From NCBI GenBank assembly GCA_964577515.1, contig CAZNZN010000001.1, positions 876 to 64,875 on the forward strand: a stretch of DNA of 64,000 nucleotides, written 5' to 3'. Positions 36,854 to 45,448 of the stretch are shown here, piece after piece. The notes below the pieces were generated by a model. That model did no database searches. It worked only from the letters and a program-made list of their open reading frames with translations, and was not told the DNA's origin. Numbering within the stretch: the stretch's first letter is position 1; every line of letters begins with the position of its first letter. The translations under genes and the position numbers were made by a program. Source of the DNA: an uncultured Candidatus Saccharibacteria bacterium. GTDB lineage: Bacteria > Patescibacteriota > Minisyncoccia > Phycocordibacterales > UBA9973.

Positions 36854-38602
36854 TTACTCACTCACCACACGGAGCACTTCTTCAATGGTTGTTTTTCCTT
36901 GCACTGCTTGAAAGATACCATCTTCAATCATTGTTATCATCCCCTCTTTTTTTGCTTGTGCCTCTACCTCGTCAGCAGATCCGCCGCGTAGAATGATTTC
37001 CTTCACTGCGGGGCTCACTTTGAGTGCCTCATGAATACCAACGCGGCCCTTATATCCATCCTCTGATTCTTCATTTTTTACTGGACGAAAGAGAGGTATC
37101 TCTTTCCATGGCGTTTTTGGTTTTATTATCTGCTCTCCTTCAAGGAACCCACGGATACGTTCAAGATCAACTATCTTGTTAAGGTTCACTATCTCTGCAT
37201 CAGTTAAGAAATACTGTTCTTTTTTTGCAGTGAGTCGACGTACAAGACGCTGTGCAATAATCACCTTTGCAGTAGAAACGATCAGAAACGGTTCAACCCC
37301 CATATCTATAAGCCGAGGAATAGCCCCAGCAGCTGAGTTGGTGTGGATAGTAGAAAGCACCAAGTGACCAGTAAGCGCAGCATTCACCGCAAGAGAAGCC
37401 GTCTCTCCATCACGAATCTCCCCCACCATAATGATATTTGGATCTTGTCGAAGGAGTGCACGAAGCCCGTTTGCAAACGTCATACCAATCTCACTTTTTA
37501 CTTGCGTTTGATTGATACGTGGCATTTGATACTCAATCGGATCTTCAATGGTTGAGATATTCACCGCAGGAGTATTTAAAATATCAAGCATTGTATAGAG
37601 CGTCGTTGTCTTTCCTGATCCTGTCGGACCAGACGCAAGCACAATCCCTGAGTGCTGTTTCATTCCTTCGTGGATACTTTCAAGACATGATCCGTGAAAC
37701 CCAAGCCCTTCAAGAGTGAACCCGTGTGAAGACTCACGCAAAATACGTATCACCGTCTTCTCGCCAAAGTATGTTGGGAGTGTTGAAACACGAAATGATA
37801 CGGGTGAATCATCAAGTACGATTTTGAACCGTCCGTCTTGTGGAAGACGTTTTTCGTCAAGTTTCAAATTTGAAAGGACCTTGATACGAGCCGTCATTGC
37901 TGGAGCAGCGTCTTTCGGAAGCGTCATAGCGTCATGGAGTATCCCGTCAATACGATATCGCACCACCAGTGACTCTTCTCCAGGCTCAATATGTACATCA
38001 GAAGCTCCTTGCAAGATAGCGTGTGAAATAAGACTGTCAACGATTTTCACCACTGGCAAATCCTCTGCAAGTTCTTTGAGATCTTTTTCTGATGTTGTGT
38101 CGTCTTTCTCATCAACTTTTTGAATACTCCCGACCTCTTTTTGAATAATAGAATCAAACTCTGCCTGAAGACTCTTTTTGTACTGCAGTAGTACCGCCTT
38201 TATAGATTCACTATCAGTAAGACGAGGAAGAATACGAAGTCCTGTTTTTTTCTTTACGAAATCAATCGCAGGAAGGTTATCAATATCGAGAAGACATATT
38301 TCGAGATCGTTTCCCTTTTTTCGACAAGGCACCACGTTATATTTACGTGCAATTGGTTCTGGAATTAGTTGCAGTATTTCTTTATCGATTTTTTCTTTTT
38401 CAATATTAAGGTATGGGACACCGATCACGTACGCCTGCAACTTACGAAGCTCTTGCTCTTTGAGTTTGTTGTTTGTAAGGAGGTAGTCAGAAAGCGTTGT
38501 TCCTTTTGCTTTTTTTTCTGCTTCAAACGCATTCAAATCATCAACAGAGATGATGTTCGTATCAAGAATAAGTCGTGTTAATTTTGCTTCATCAACAACC
38601 AT
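36854..38602 (-). CDS. pilB: type IV pilus assembly ATPase PilB (GspE family)
   Basis: Walker A GPTGSGKTTTL, Asp box, His box. N-terminal GSPII-like domain. Confidence 0.9.
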   Translation of the reverse strand: MVVDEAKLTRLILDTNIISVDDLNAFEAEKKAKGTTLSDYLLTNNKLKEQELRKLQAYVIGVPYLNIEKEKIDKEILQLIPEPIARKYNVVPCRKKGNDLEICLLDIDNLPAIDFVKKKTGLRILPRLTDSESIKAVLLQYKKSLQAEFDSIIQKEVGSIQKVDEKDDTTSEKDLKELAEDLPVVKIVDSLISHAILQGASDVHIEPGEESLVVRYRIDGILHDAMTLPKDAAPAMTARIKVLSNLKLDEKRLPQDGRFKIVLDDSPVSFRVSTLPTYFGEKTVIRILRESSHGFTLEGLGFHGSCLESIHEGMKQHSGIVLASGPTGSGKTTTLYTMLDILNTPAVNISTIEDPIEYQMPRINQTQVKSEIGMTFANGLRALLRQDPNIIMVGEIRDGETASLAVNAALTGHLVLSTIHTNSAAGAIPRLIDMGVEPFLIVSTAKVIIAQRLVRRLTAKKEQYFLTDAEIVNLNKIVDLERIRGFLEGEQIIKPKTPWKEIPLFRPVKNEESEDGYKGRVGIHEALKVSPAVKEIILRGGSADEVEAQAKKEGMITMIEDGIFQAVQGKTTIEEVLRVVSE

Positions 38603-38650
38603 AACTGTATTGTAACAAAAAAACCGACATAGTGTCGGTTTTTTTGTTTT

Positions 38651-39739
38651 TTAAAACTCTTTAAAAATTGATTTTCGCTTATTGAGCTCAGACGTATCGT
38701 TTGGATCGTACACGCCGTTGGTATAACACCCCGGATCATTTGCATCTTTTACACCGTCACCGTCATTATCAATACCATCGCTACATTCAGGTTGCGGTGC
38801 ACCGGTCACTGTAACTGTTGCGTTGGCATCAGTAGTCCCTCCTGCTCCAGTACATGAGACAGTGTAGGTAGTAGTACTTGCAGGAGATACTGCGAGAGAT
38901 CCACTCGTTGCACCTCCAGTATTAAACCCAAACCCACTACATGATGTTGCGTTTGTTGAACTCCAAGTAAGTGTTGAAGAATTCCCGAGCGGTATCGATG
39001 TAGGGTTTGCAGTAAGAGAAGCTGTTGGAGCAGGTGGATTTACCTGACAAATACTTCCGTTCCATGTTGTCCCCCCAGCACATGAAGCTGTTGCAGAAGA
39101 CTGTGCGAGAAGCACTGCATTGTGGTACAGATAAAAATCAGTTTGCCCATAGCCAAGCGTTGTCGCTTGCGTCCCTCCAGCAAGTGGAGACGGGGTAAAT
39201 GATGCAGGAGAGCCAGTGTTTCGAGTAATCGCTGTAGGGTTCACCGTGAGATTTGCAGTAGTCCATGAAACAGTACTTCCACAAGACGAAGCATTTGCAG
39301 CAATGGTACACCCTACAGCTGATAGGGTCCCTGAAGGCGCCCCTCCGTTGTTTACCACAACAAGCGCAGTATCTGACGCATTCGCATACCCAGCCTTCAC
39401 ACAGGTTATTTCAAAGAGATGACTTCCAGCGGTAAGTCCTGTGATATCTTCAAACTGTGTCGCGTTTGCACTCTTATTCCCTGACCACCAACCGTTGTTT
39501 GTTGCTGTACAACTATCAGGAGATCCTGTGGTGGTCCATGTAAGACGTGTTTGGTTGGTAGGGAGAGTCATTGTATCTGGAACAGCAGTAAGTGTTACTG
39601 TGATAGCAACAGGAGCTCCTCCATCTACAACATACGGGAGTGCACTACTATAAGGGACAAAGCCTGCTAAAGCCTCCCTTGAAAAACCAAAGAAAGTGAA
39701 AGCAGTTAAAACAATAAAAGAAAGAAAGTATTTATTCAT
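38651..39739 (-). CDS. secreted Thr/Ser/Gly-rich protein with a C-terminal Asp-rich Ca-binding-like motif
   Basis: Signal peptide, then repeated Cys-containing beta-rich segments. C-terminal CSDGIDNDGDGVKDANDPGC resembles TSP3/dockerin-like Ca-binding motifs. Confidence 0.55.
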   Translation of the reverse strand: MNKYFLSFIVLTAFTFFGFSREALAGFVPYSSALPYVVDGGAPVAITVTLTAVPDTMTLPTNQTRLTWTTTGSPDSCTATNNGWWSGNKSANATQFEDITGLTAGSHLFEITCVKAGYANASDTALVVVNNGGAPSGTLSAVGCTIAANASSCGSTVSWTTANLTVNPTAITRNTGSPASFTPSPLAGGTQATTLGYGQTDFYLYHNAVLLAQSSATASCAGGTTWNGSICQVNPPAPTASLTANPTSIPLGNSSTLTWSSTNATSCSGFGFNTGGATSGSLAVSPASTTTYTVSCTGAGGTTDANATVTVTGAPQPECSDGIDNDGDGVKDANDPGCYTNGVYDPNDTSELNKRKSIFKEF

Positions 39740-39768
39740 ATCAATAACTATGGTTAGAACTGACTAAT

Positions 39769-41724
39769 TTATTCACAATATTCTCCATCAACGATTTCAA
39801 TACTCAAAGGGAGTGCCCCACTCATATCTACGTTCGACCATGTAAACGTAGGGTCTGGGTCACCTCTTTGCTGTACTGCACAGGTCGACATTCTGTTTCC
39901 GTACGTGTCATACAGGTTAGTATGACCTCCTGGCATTGAGCTACCCAAAGACCATCGAATATACACATCAGATACTCCAAAAAAATTTAGAGGGCCGGCA
40001 GTGCCACCACCAGGACCAAGGGGGAATGGATTATTTGATGGCACTAATGAAACACCGTCAACAGCAGCATCTTCCAAAATAGTCGCCAGTGAATTATTTG
40101 TAGCGTTAAACTCATGTACACCAGAATTCACAGAATCATCTACCTCAACGGTAAAGCTGACATAAAACGTCTGTGGCAAAGGAGGAGTTGTGGGGACGTT
40201 CACTGTGAAATACTGTGATGCCGGTGCAAAATAAGGACTATATGCAGGAATAGAAACTACGCCAGGAAAAAGATTAGCTGTGTTTCCTGTAGGAAGATCT
40301 ATCCATGAGAAGGTAACCGTTTGATCAAGTGCTGACAAATTTTCAATGTAGCCATCCACCTGTATCTCATCCCCTTGTGAAAAAGGTTGACCAGGGTGGG
40401 TAAAGTTGGACAAGCTTATAGTCACATACAACTCATTATTTGCACCAGCATAAAACTGAGCAGCTTGTACTTCCGCTGTAGGAAGAACACTAAGAGCAAG
40501 GAATATAACAAACCCAGCAATGATTTGCGGAGATGCTCGTCGCTTCTTTATATAGAGTCCGATAAGTGCAATAACAACAAGGATAAGAACGAGAAGCACC
40601 GCTCCTTGTCCCCCAGAAAATACACTAGGATTCTTTGTTGATGTTGTGGCAATACTGGTTTCGTCTTGCGCAACTGTAGCACCTGCAGCATTTGTGACTG
40701 CAACAGAAACTACTGGATTAAAACAGTTATGTTTTACTTGCACAGTTGCTGTTTGTACCCCGTTTTTTGGTGACGAAACTACTGCTTTACCGCAGGTAAG
40801 CCCTCCACTTGTCTTTATGACAACTGCAGCATCTTTGAAAACAGCCCCTGCACTAGTAAGCGCAAATGCTATTACTGCTTGTTCACCTTTAGCGTAATAA
40901 TCCTTATCAGCAAGAATACTTTTGATAGAAGCAAATGATCCAAAGACACTGTATCCCGCAACAACACTGTTTGATACTGATTGTCCGTTTACAAGCTGTA
41001 CGACTGTTTTATAGAGCCCTGCATCTTTTGGAACAGGAAGAGTGACTGCAATTGTTTTCTTTTCAGCTGGCTTCACCAAAAAAGGAGTAGTCGTACCTCC
41101 GATAGCTTCTACAGAAGCGCCGTAGATGTTTCCTGAAAATGTTTTAAAAGAAGGAGTGCCTGCAATAGGACCACTTGCGGTGTTGGTAACAACACAGGTA
41201 AGCACCGGTGCTTCGTTTTCACGGAGAAGCACTGTAGATGATAGTTGCAACGACTTTTTCTGTTCAGCACCACTGACAGTACAGCTTCCTGGGACAATAA
41301 CGAGTCCCTTCTCTTCTGCACTGAAGGTGACATCTTTCAATGTCATCAGTCCAAGTGTAAGTCCTGACTTTTCAGAAACAACAAGCTGCATCGTGTAGGT
41401 ACCACTAAGCACTGCTGGTGGTACATAGACTGCACTCTTCTTTAGAGTGCCTTGTTCCGCTAGAGCAAAAACCTCTGGGAAAACTGTCTCATCAACAACA
41501 ACCCGATCTTTGTTCAAAAGGCGAATACCGTACATCACTTCAGGATGTGCACCTGCACCATTTGTCATGGTAAATGAAAAGGCAACCGAACGACCTACTT
41601 GGTCAGTAACGGAAGCACCTTGAATATTTACTTGCGAAAGTTGTCGAACTTGTTGCGCAAACGCGACAGGCGAAGCGACAAACATTCCGAGGACAATCAA
41701 AACACCTACAATGATTCTCTTCAT
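39769..41724 (-). CDS. large surface protein with two extracellular domains joined by a predicted TM helical hairpin
   Basis: Signal peptide MKRIIVGVLIVLGMFVASPVAFA, a ~390-aa domain, TM (GAVLLVLILVVIALIGLY), KKRRASPQ, a second hydrophobic helix (IIAGFVIFLALSVLPTA), then a ~260-aa Pro-rich domain. Confidence 0.55.
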   Translation of the reverse strand: MKRIIVGVLIVLGMFVASPVAFAQQVRQLSQVNIQGASVTDQVGRSVAFSFTMTNGAGAHPEVMYGIRLLNKDRVVVDETVFPEVFALAEQGTLKKSAVYVPPAVLSGTYTMQLVVSEKSGLTLGLMTLKDVTFSAEEKGLVIVPGSCTVSGAEQKKSLQLSSTVLLRENEAPVLTCVVTNTASGPIAGTPSFKTFSGNIYGASVEAIGGTTTPFLVKPAEKKTIAVTLPVPKDAGLYKTVVQLVNGQSVSNSVVAGYSVFGSFASIKSILADKDYYAKGEQAVIAFALTSAGAVFKDAAVVIKTSGGLTCGKAVVSSPKNGVQTATVQVKHNCFNPVVSVAVTNAAGATVAQDETSIATTSTKNPSVFSGGQGAVLLVLILVVIALIGLYIKKRRASPQIIAGFVIFLALSVLPTAEVQAAQFYAGANNELYVTISLSNFTHPGQPFSQGDEIQVDGYIENLSALDQTVTFSWIDLPTGNTANLFPGVVSIPAYSPYFAPASQYFTVNVPTTPPLPQTFYVSFTVEVDDSVNSGVHEFNATNNSLATILEDAAVDGVSLVPSNNPFPLGPGGGTAGPLNFFGVSDVYIRWSLGSSMPGGHTNLYDTYGNRMSTCAVQQRGDPDPTFTWSNVDMSGALPLSIEIVDGEYCE

Positions 41725-41843
41725 ATTAAAATTTTTATATTGAAAACAACTACTAATACTTGTAAAGTATAGCATTTAAAAAAGAGGAAAAGAAAAAACC
41801 TTCGGTGTACACCGAAGGTTTTAATCTTTTTGCATCTTACTAC

Positions 41844-42527
41844 TTACTGCTTCACCCACCGTGTCCTAGTCAACGTTCCGTTAGACGACGGAGCTGACGT
41901 TAAGTCCATTACCGTTTCCGATATGAACTCAACTGTTTGAACCTTATTAGCTGTAGTGAGAGTATTTCCCACTAAAGCCCAATGACTGTTCCAGCTATCC
42001 TGAGGTGAACCGCAAACGGTCGTTTGAAGCGTCAGGAAGTAATCCTGCTGCTTAAAGACCATAGGAGGCTGGCACGGCATTGCTGCAGTACCATCAAACC
42101 ATACCGTCTGACCTGGAAACAAAGCCCACTGGTTTGTTGCAACCCAGCGAGAACTTCCAGTGCAAATCAACCGTGTTTCATTCTGTGTAAACACAGAGAC
42201 TGAAACGGTTTTTGTTGCAGGGGTCGTCCCCTCTTCGCCCTGAGCGACGAAAGCTAACTGCGTGTCAGCAGTTGCAGTAACAGTGTAAGATCCTGTTACG
42301 GCCGGCTGAACCTGGTTCCCCACCAACACTGTTTTTGCGTAAGCAGTGCTGAAAGGAATTGTAACCACTTGTCCATACAGCGCCTTTGCAGGCTCTGACA
42401 CGGTCAGGGTTGGGTTTTGTTTAACCGGATCCGGATTTTTAGGGATGTCATCTTTGCCGCATGATGCAATAAAAAGGGTGGCAAATACAGCGCTCCACCC
42501 TAAAGCGCCTGTAAAAAACTTTTTCAT
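41844..42527 (-). CDS. lipoprotein (hypothetical)
   Basis: Lipobox LFIASCGKDD. Local GC is visibly higher than the surroundings. Confidence 0.5.
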   Translation of the reverse strand: MKKFFTGALGWSAVFATLFIASCGKDDIPKNPDPVKQNPTLTVSEPAKALYGQVVTIPFSTAYAKTVLVGNQVQPAVTGSYTVTATADTQLAFVAQGEEGTTPATKTVSVSVFTQNETRLICTGSSRWVATNQWALFPGQTVWFDGTAAMPCQPPMVFKQQDYFLTLQTTVCGSPQDSWNSHWALVGNTLTTANKVQTVEFISETVMDLTSAPSSNGTLTRTRWVKQ

Positions 42528-42747
42528 TTTTTAGGTTTTCTAGGTGAGAGGCAATATCGCCAAAAGAAGTTTTAAGGTGCTTAGAGACCTTTGAGTACAG
42601 TATACACCTTTTAGGGCTTTTTGTCAAAGTTTTCCACAGGACTTGACCATTCTTAGCACATATACTACTATATGTGTAGTAAGTGTCCGGCCGAGAGGTG
42701 CGGACATTTCTGTTAAAAACCCTTACAAATCAATACAAAATCAATAT

Positions 42748-43950
42748 ATGTTAGATATAAAAGCCTTAAAAGTCGCCATCGAACAGCTCGAAAGTGAGCG
42801 TCGAATCGCTCGAGATAAGCTCATTGACGCTATTGAGCAGTCTCTTGCTGCGGCATACAAAAAAGAATACGGAAAGAAAGGGCAAGTAGTCCGCAGTCAC
42901 ATCGACCTTGATGCGGGGACTGTTGCTTTTGACCAGGTCAAGACGGTCGTTGACGGGTCTATGGTGTACTTCGAAGATGAAGACATCTCTGAAACCGACG
43001 AACGCGAAGCATACAACGAGGAAAAACATATCCTCCTCGAAGACGCGCGTATCATGAAAGCTGACGCACAGCTTGGTGATGAAATCGTGTTTGATCTTGA
43101 ATCAAAAGACGATTTTGGACGTATCGCAGCACAAACAGCAAAGCAGGTTATTATCCAGCGTATCCGCGAGGCAGAACGTTCATCTATTATGGAAGAGTTC
43201 GGTGGAAAAGAAGGCGATATCGTTAGTGGGTATATCCAAAAAGTAGACCGTGGCACGGTGTTCATTGATTTTAACCGTGCAACAGGGGTTATTCCTCAAG
43301 CAGAACAAATACCAGGCGAGCACTACGCCCGAGGACAACGTATCCGTGGGTACCTCTATCACGTGGAAGAGTCTCCTCGTGGTATCAACCTTCGTATCTC
43401 TCGTACACATCCTAAGTTTCTCGAAAAACTCTTTGCATACGAATCTCCTGAAGTAGCAAGTGGCATCGTAGAAATCCGTTCTGTGGCACGAGAACCAGGA
43501 AGTCGTTCAAAGATCGCTGTGTACACTGCGGATGCAAACATTGATCCAGTAGGATCATGCGTAGGACAGCGTGGCGTACGTGTCAGTACTGTGATGAGTG
43601 AACTCGCAGGAGAAAAAATCGACATTATCGAATGGTCAGAAGATCCAGCGGAATTCGTTCGAAAAGCACTTTCTCCAGCAAAAGTACTCGACATCACCCT
43701 TGACGAACAAGAACACAAGGCAACTATTGAGGTTACCCCCGATCAGCTTTCTCTTGCAATCGGTAAGGGAGGGCAAAATGTTCGACTTGCTGCACGACTT
43801 ACCGGATGGAAAATCGATATCAAAGGCAACGAAGACGCTCCTGTGGCAGAACAAGAAGAAACAGCAACAGACGACTTCCAGCCGCTTGCGTCTCTTTCAA
43901 ATACCGATGAAGCGCCAATGATTAGTAGCAGTAACGAAGAATTAGAATAA
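42748..43950 (+). CDS. nusA: transcription termination/antitermination factor NusA
   Basis: NusA N-terminal, S1 and two KH domains (KIDIIEWSEDP, GKGGQNVRLAARLTGWKIDI). Start trimmed to MLDIKALK. Confidence 0.9.
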   Translation: MLDIKALKVAIEQLESERRIARDKLIDAIEQSLAAAYKKEYGKKGQVVRSHIDLDAGTVAFDQVKTVVDGSMVYFEDEDISETDEREAYNEEKHILLEDARIMKADAQLGDEIVFDLESKDDFGRIAAQTAKQVIIQRIREAERSSIMEEFGGKEGDIVSGYIQKVDRGTVFIDFNRATGVIPQAEQIPGEHYARGQRIRGYLYHVEESPRGINLRISRTHPKFLEKLFAYESPEVASGIVEIRSVAREPGSRSKIAVYTADANIDPVGSCVGQRGVRVSTVMSELAGEKIDIIEWSEDPAEFVRKALSPAKVLDITLDEQEHKATIEVTPDQLSLAIGKGGQNVRLAARLTGWKIDIKGNEDAPVAEQEETATDDFQPLASLSNTDEAPMISSSNEELE

Positions 43951-43957
43951 ACATCAC

Positions 43958-44488
43958 ATGAATCTTCTCCACGAAATCACCGCAGGGAAACAAACCCCGC
44001 ATGTCATCAATGTTATTGTCGAAATCCCGAAAGGATCAAAAAACAAATACGAGCTTGATAAAGAAACAGGTCTGATCACTCTTGATCGTGCGCTACACAC
44101 TTCTCAAGACTATCCTTTTGACTATGGGTTTATGCCACAAAGCCACTGGGCCGACGGCGACCCACTTGATGTGGTCCTCCTCACTACGTATCCGCTAGCA
44201 CCAGGAGTACTCGTAAAAGTACGCCCTGTTGGTATCATGCACATGGTAGATGACGGTGAAAGCGATGCGAAGATCCTCGGTGTGCCAGATCATGACCCTC
44301 GTTGGGATGATGTGCAAGACCTTGAAGACATCAACAAGCATACCCTCAAAGAAATCGAGCACTTCTTCCTTACCTATAAGAAACTGCAAAACAAAGAAGT
44401 GCACATTGATGGTATCGAAGGGAAAGAACAAGCACTTGCTGCAATCACAAAAAGCCAAGAGCTCTATAAAGAAAAATTTGGAAACTAA
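43958..44488 (+). CDS. ppa: inorganic pyrophosphatase (family I)
   Basis: DxDPLD-type motifs (ADGDPLDVVLL) and KYE. Confidence 0.9.
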   Translation: MNLLHEITAGKQTPHVINVIVEIPKGSKNKYELDKETGLITLDRALHTSQDYPFDYGFMPQSHWADGDPLDVVLLTTYPLAPGVLVKVRPVGIMHMVDDGESDAKILGVPDHDPRWDDVQDLEDINKHTLKEIEHFFLTYKKLQNKEVHIDGIEGKEQALAAITKSQELYKEKFGN

Positions 44489-44493
44489 CCCAC

Positions 44494-44521
44494 AAAAAAG
44501 ACCGCTTTTGCGGTCTTTTTT
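44494..44521 (+). terminator. intrinsic terminator after ppa
   Basis: A6-GACCGC-TTTT-GCGGTC-T6. Confidence 0.6.
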
Positions 44522-44598
44522 GCCCTCTAGGTAAAGAGAGGCATCCTGTAAGAAGCCCTCTACCAAATCGTCAGTATTTGTGTATACTAAGAAACGAT

Positions 44599-45114
44599 AT
44601 GAAACGCTTTATTACTCTAGGATTTATTGTTATAGCACTTCTCCCACGCCTTGCTGCCGCACAAGAAAAGGTAGGTATTTCTCCTGTACAAAAGGAAACA
44701 GCTGAGATCAGAAAACCAACAAAAGAAGAAATTGCACAAACAAAAAAACAAAAAATGGAAGCTGACTTCCAAGAAACTATCAAACAACTCACCGCTGTGG
44801 CAACACGAACTCAAACAGCTATTGATCTCCTTTCAAAAAATGGAAAAGATACATCAGACGCTCAAGTGCTCCTCACTAAAGCGACTGACGCATTAACAGC
44901 TGCACAAACGAGTCTCGATATCTTAAGTGCGACACCTGAAAAACCATCAGAAGAAAAAATCCCTCCAAAAGCAGCAAAAGCTGTCCCTTCTATAAAAGAA
45001 CAAGTGAAAAAGATTCAAGACACACTCAAAGAAAGTCGTGATGCGCTTATAAAAAGCATTGCAACGCTCAAAGAAATACTCGCTCCACAAAAAGAAGCAG
45101 AACAAGAATCATAG
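44599..45114 (+). CDS. secreted coiled-coil hypothetical protein
   Basis: Signal peptide MKRFITLGFIVIALLPRLAAA. Lys/Glu/Thr-rich helical sequence. Confidence 0.45.
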   Translation: MKRFITLGFIVIALLPRLAAAQEKVGISPVQKETAEIRKPTKEEIAQTKKQKMEADFQETIKQLTAVATRTQTAIDLLSKNGKDTSDAQVLLTKATDALTAAQTSLDILSATPEKPSEEKIPPKAAKAVPSIKEQVKKIQDTLKESRDALIKSIATLKEILAPQKEAEQES

Positions 45115-45117
45115 TTT

Positions 45118-45399
45118 ATGGATAAGAGCACCCTTACACAAACAACGCTCGCACAGATTCCGGAAGAATTTCGTCCAAACAAACATGAACACCGAAGCCC
45201 TTGGGCATTGATAAGTATCTTTATTATCGTCATCGTCTTTGGAGCATTTTTTATTTTTAGAAAAAATCGGATTGTTACAACTCTCTCTGTAGTACCAACA
45301 CCTTCTTCTACACCCACAACAAAAACGCCCCCAGCACTTTCTGAGCTTGAAGCTTCAGTTGGGGCAATCACCATTCCGGACTATACCGAAAGTCTCTAA
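45118..45399 (+). CDS. small single-pass membrane protein with a Pro/Thr/Ser-rich tail
   Basis: TM helix LISIFIIVIVFGAFFIF. Confidence 0.4.
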   Translation: MDKSTLTQTTLAQIPEEFRPNKHEHRSPWALISIFIIVIVFGAFFIFRKNRIVTTLSVVPTPSSTPTTKTPPALSELEASVGAITIPDYTESL

Positions 45400-45448
45400 C
45401 TATTCGTGTTTTGTCGAAACTACGCCAGTATGTTAGACTGTCGCCACA

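Noticed and set aside
42643-42747. N-terminal extensions in the ORF track (nusA, clpP, rpsS, rpsL, rplX, sod, SDR, desaturase, xth, recJ, HIT, T4CP-like ATPase)
   Set aside because: The extensions start at alternative start codons upstream of conserved protein N-termini and often run through terminators or promoters. They were trimmed to the internal Met that matches family N-termini.
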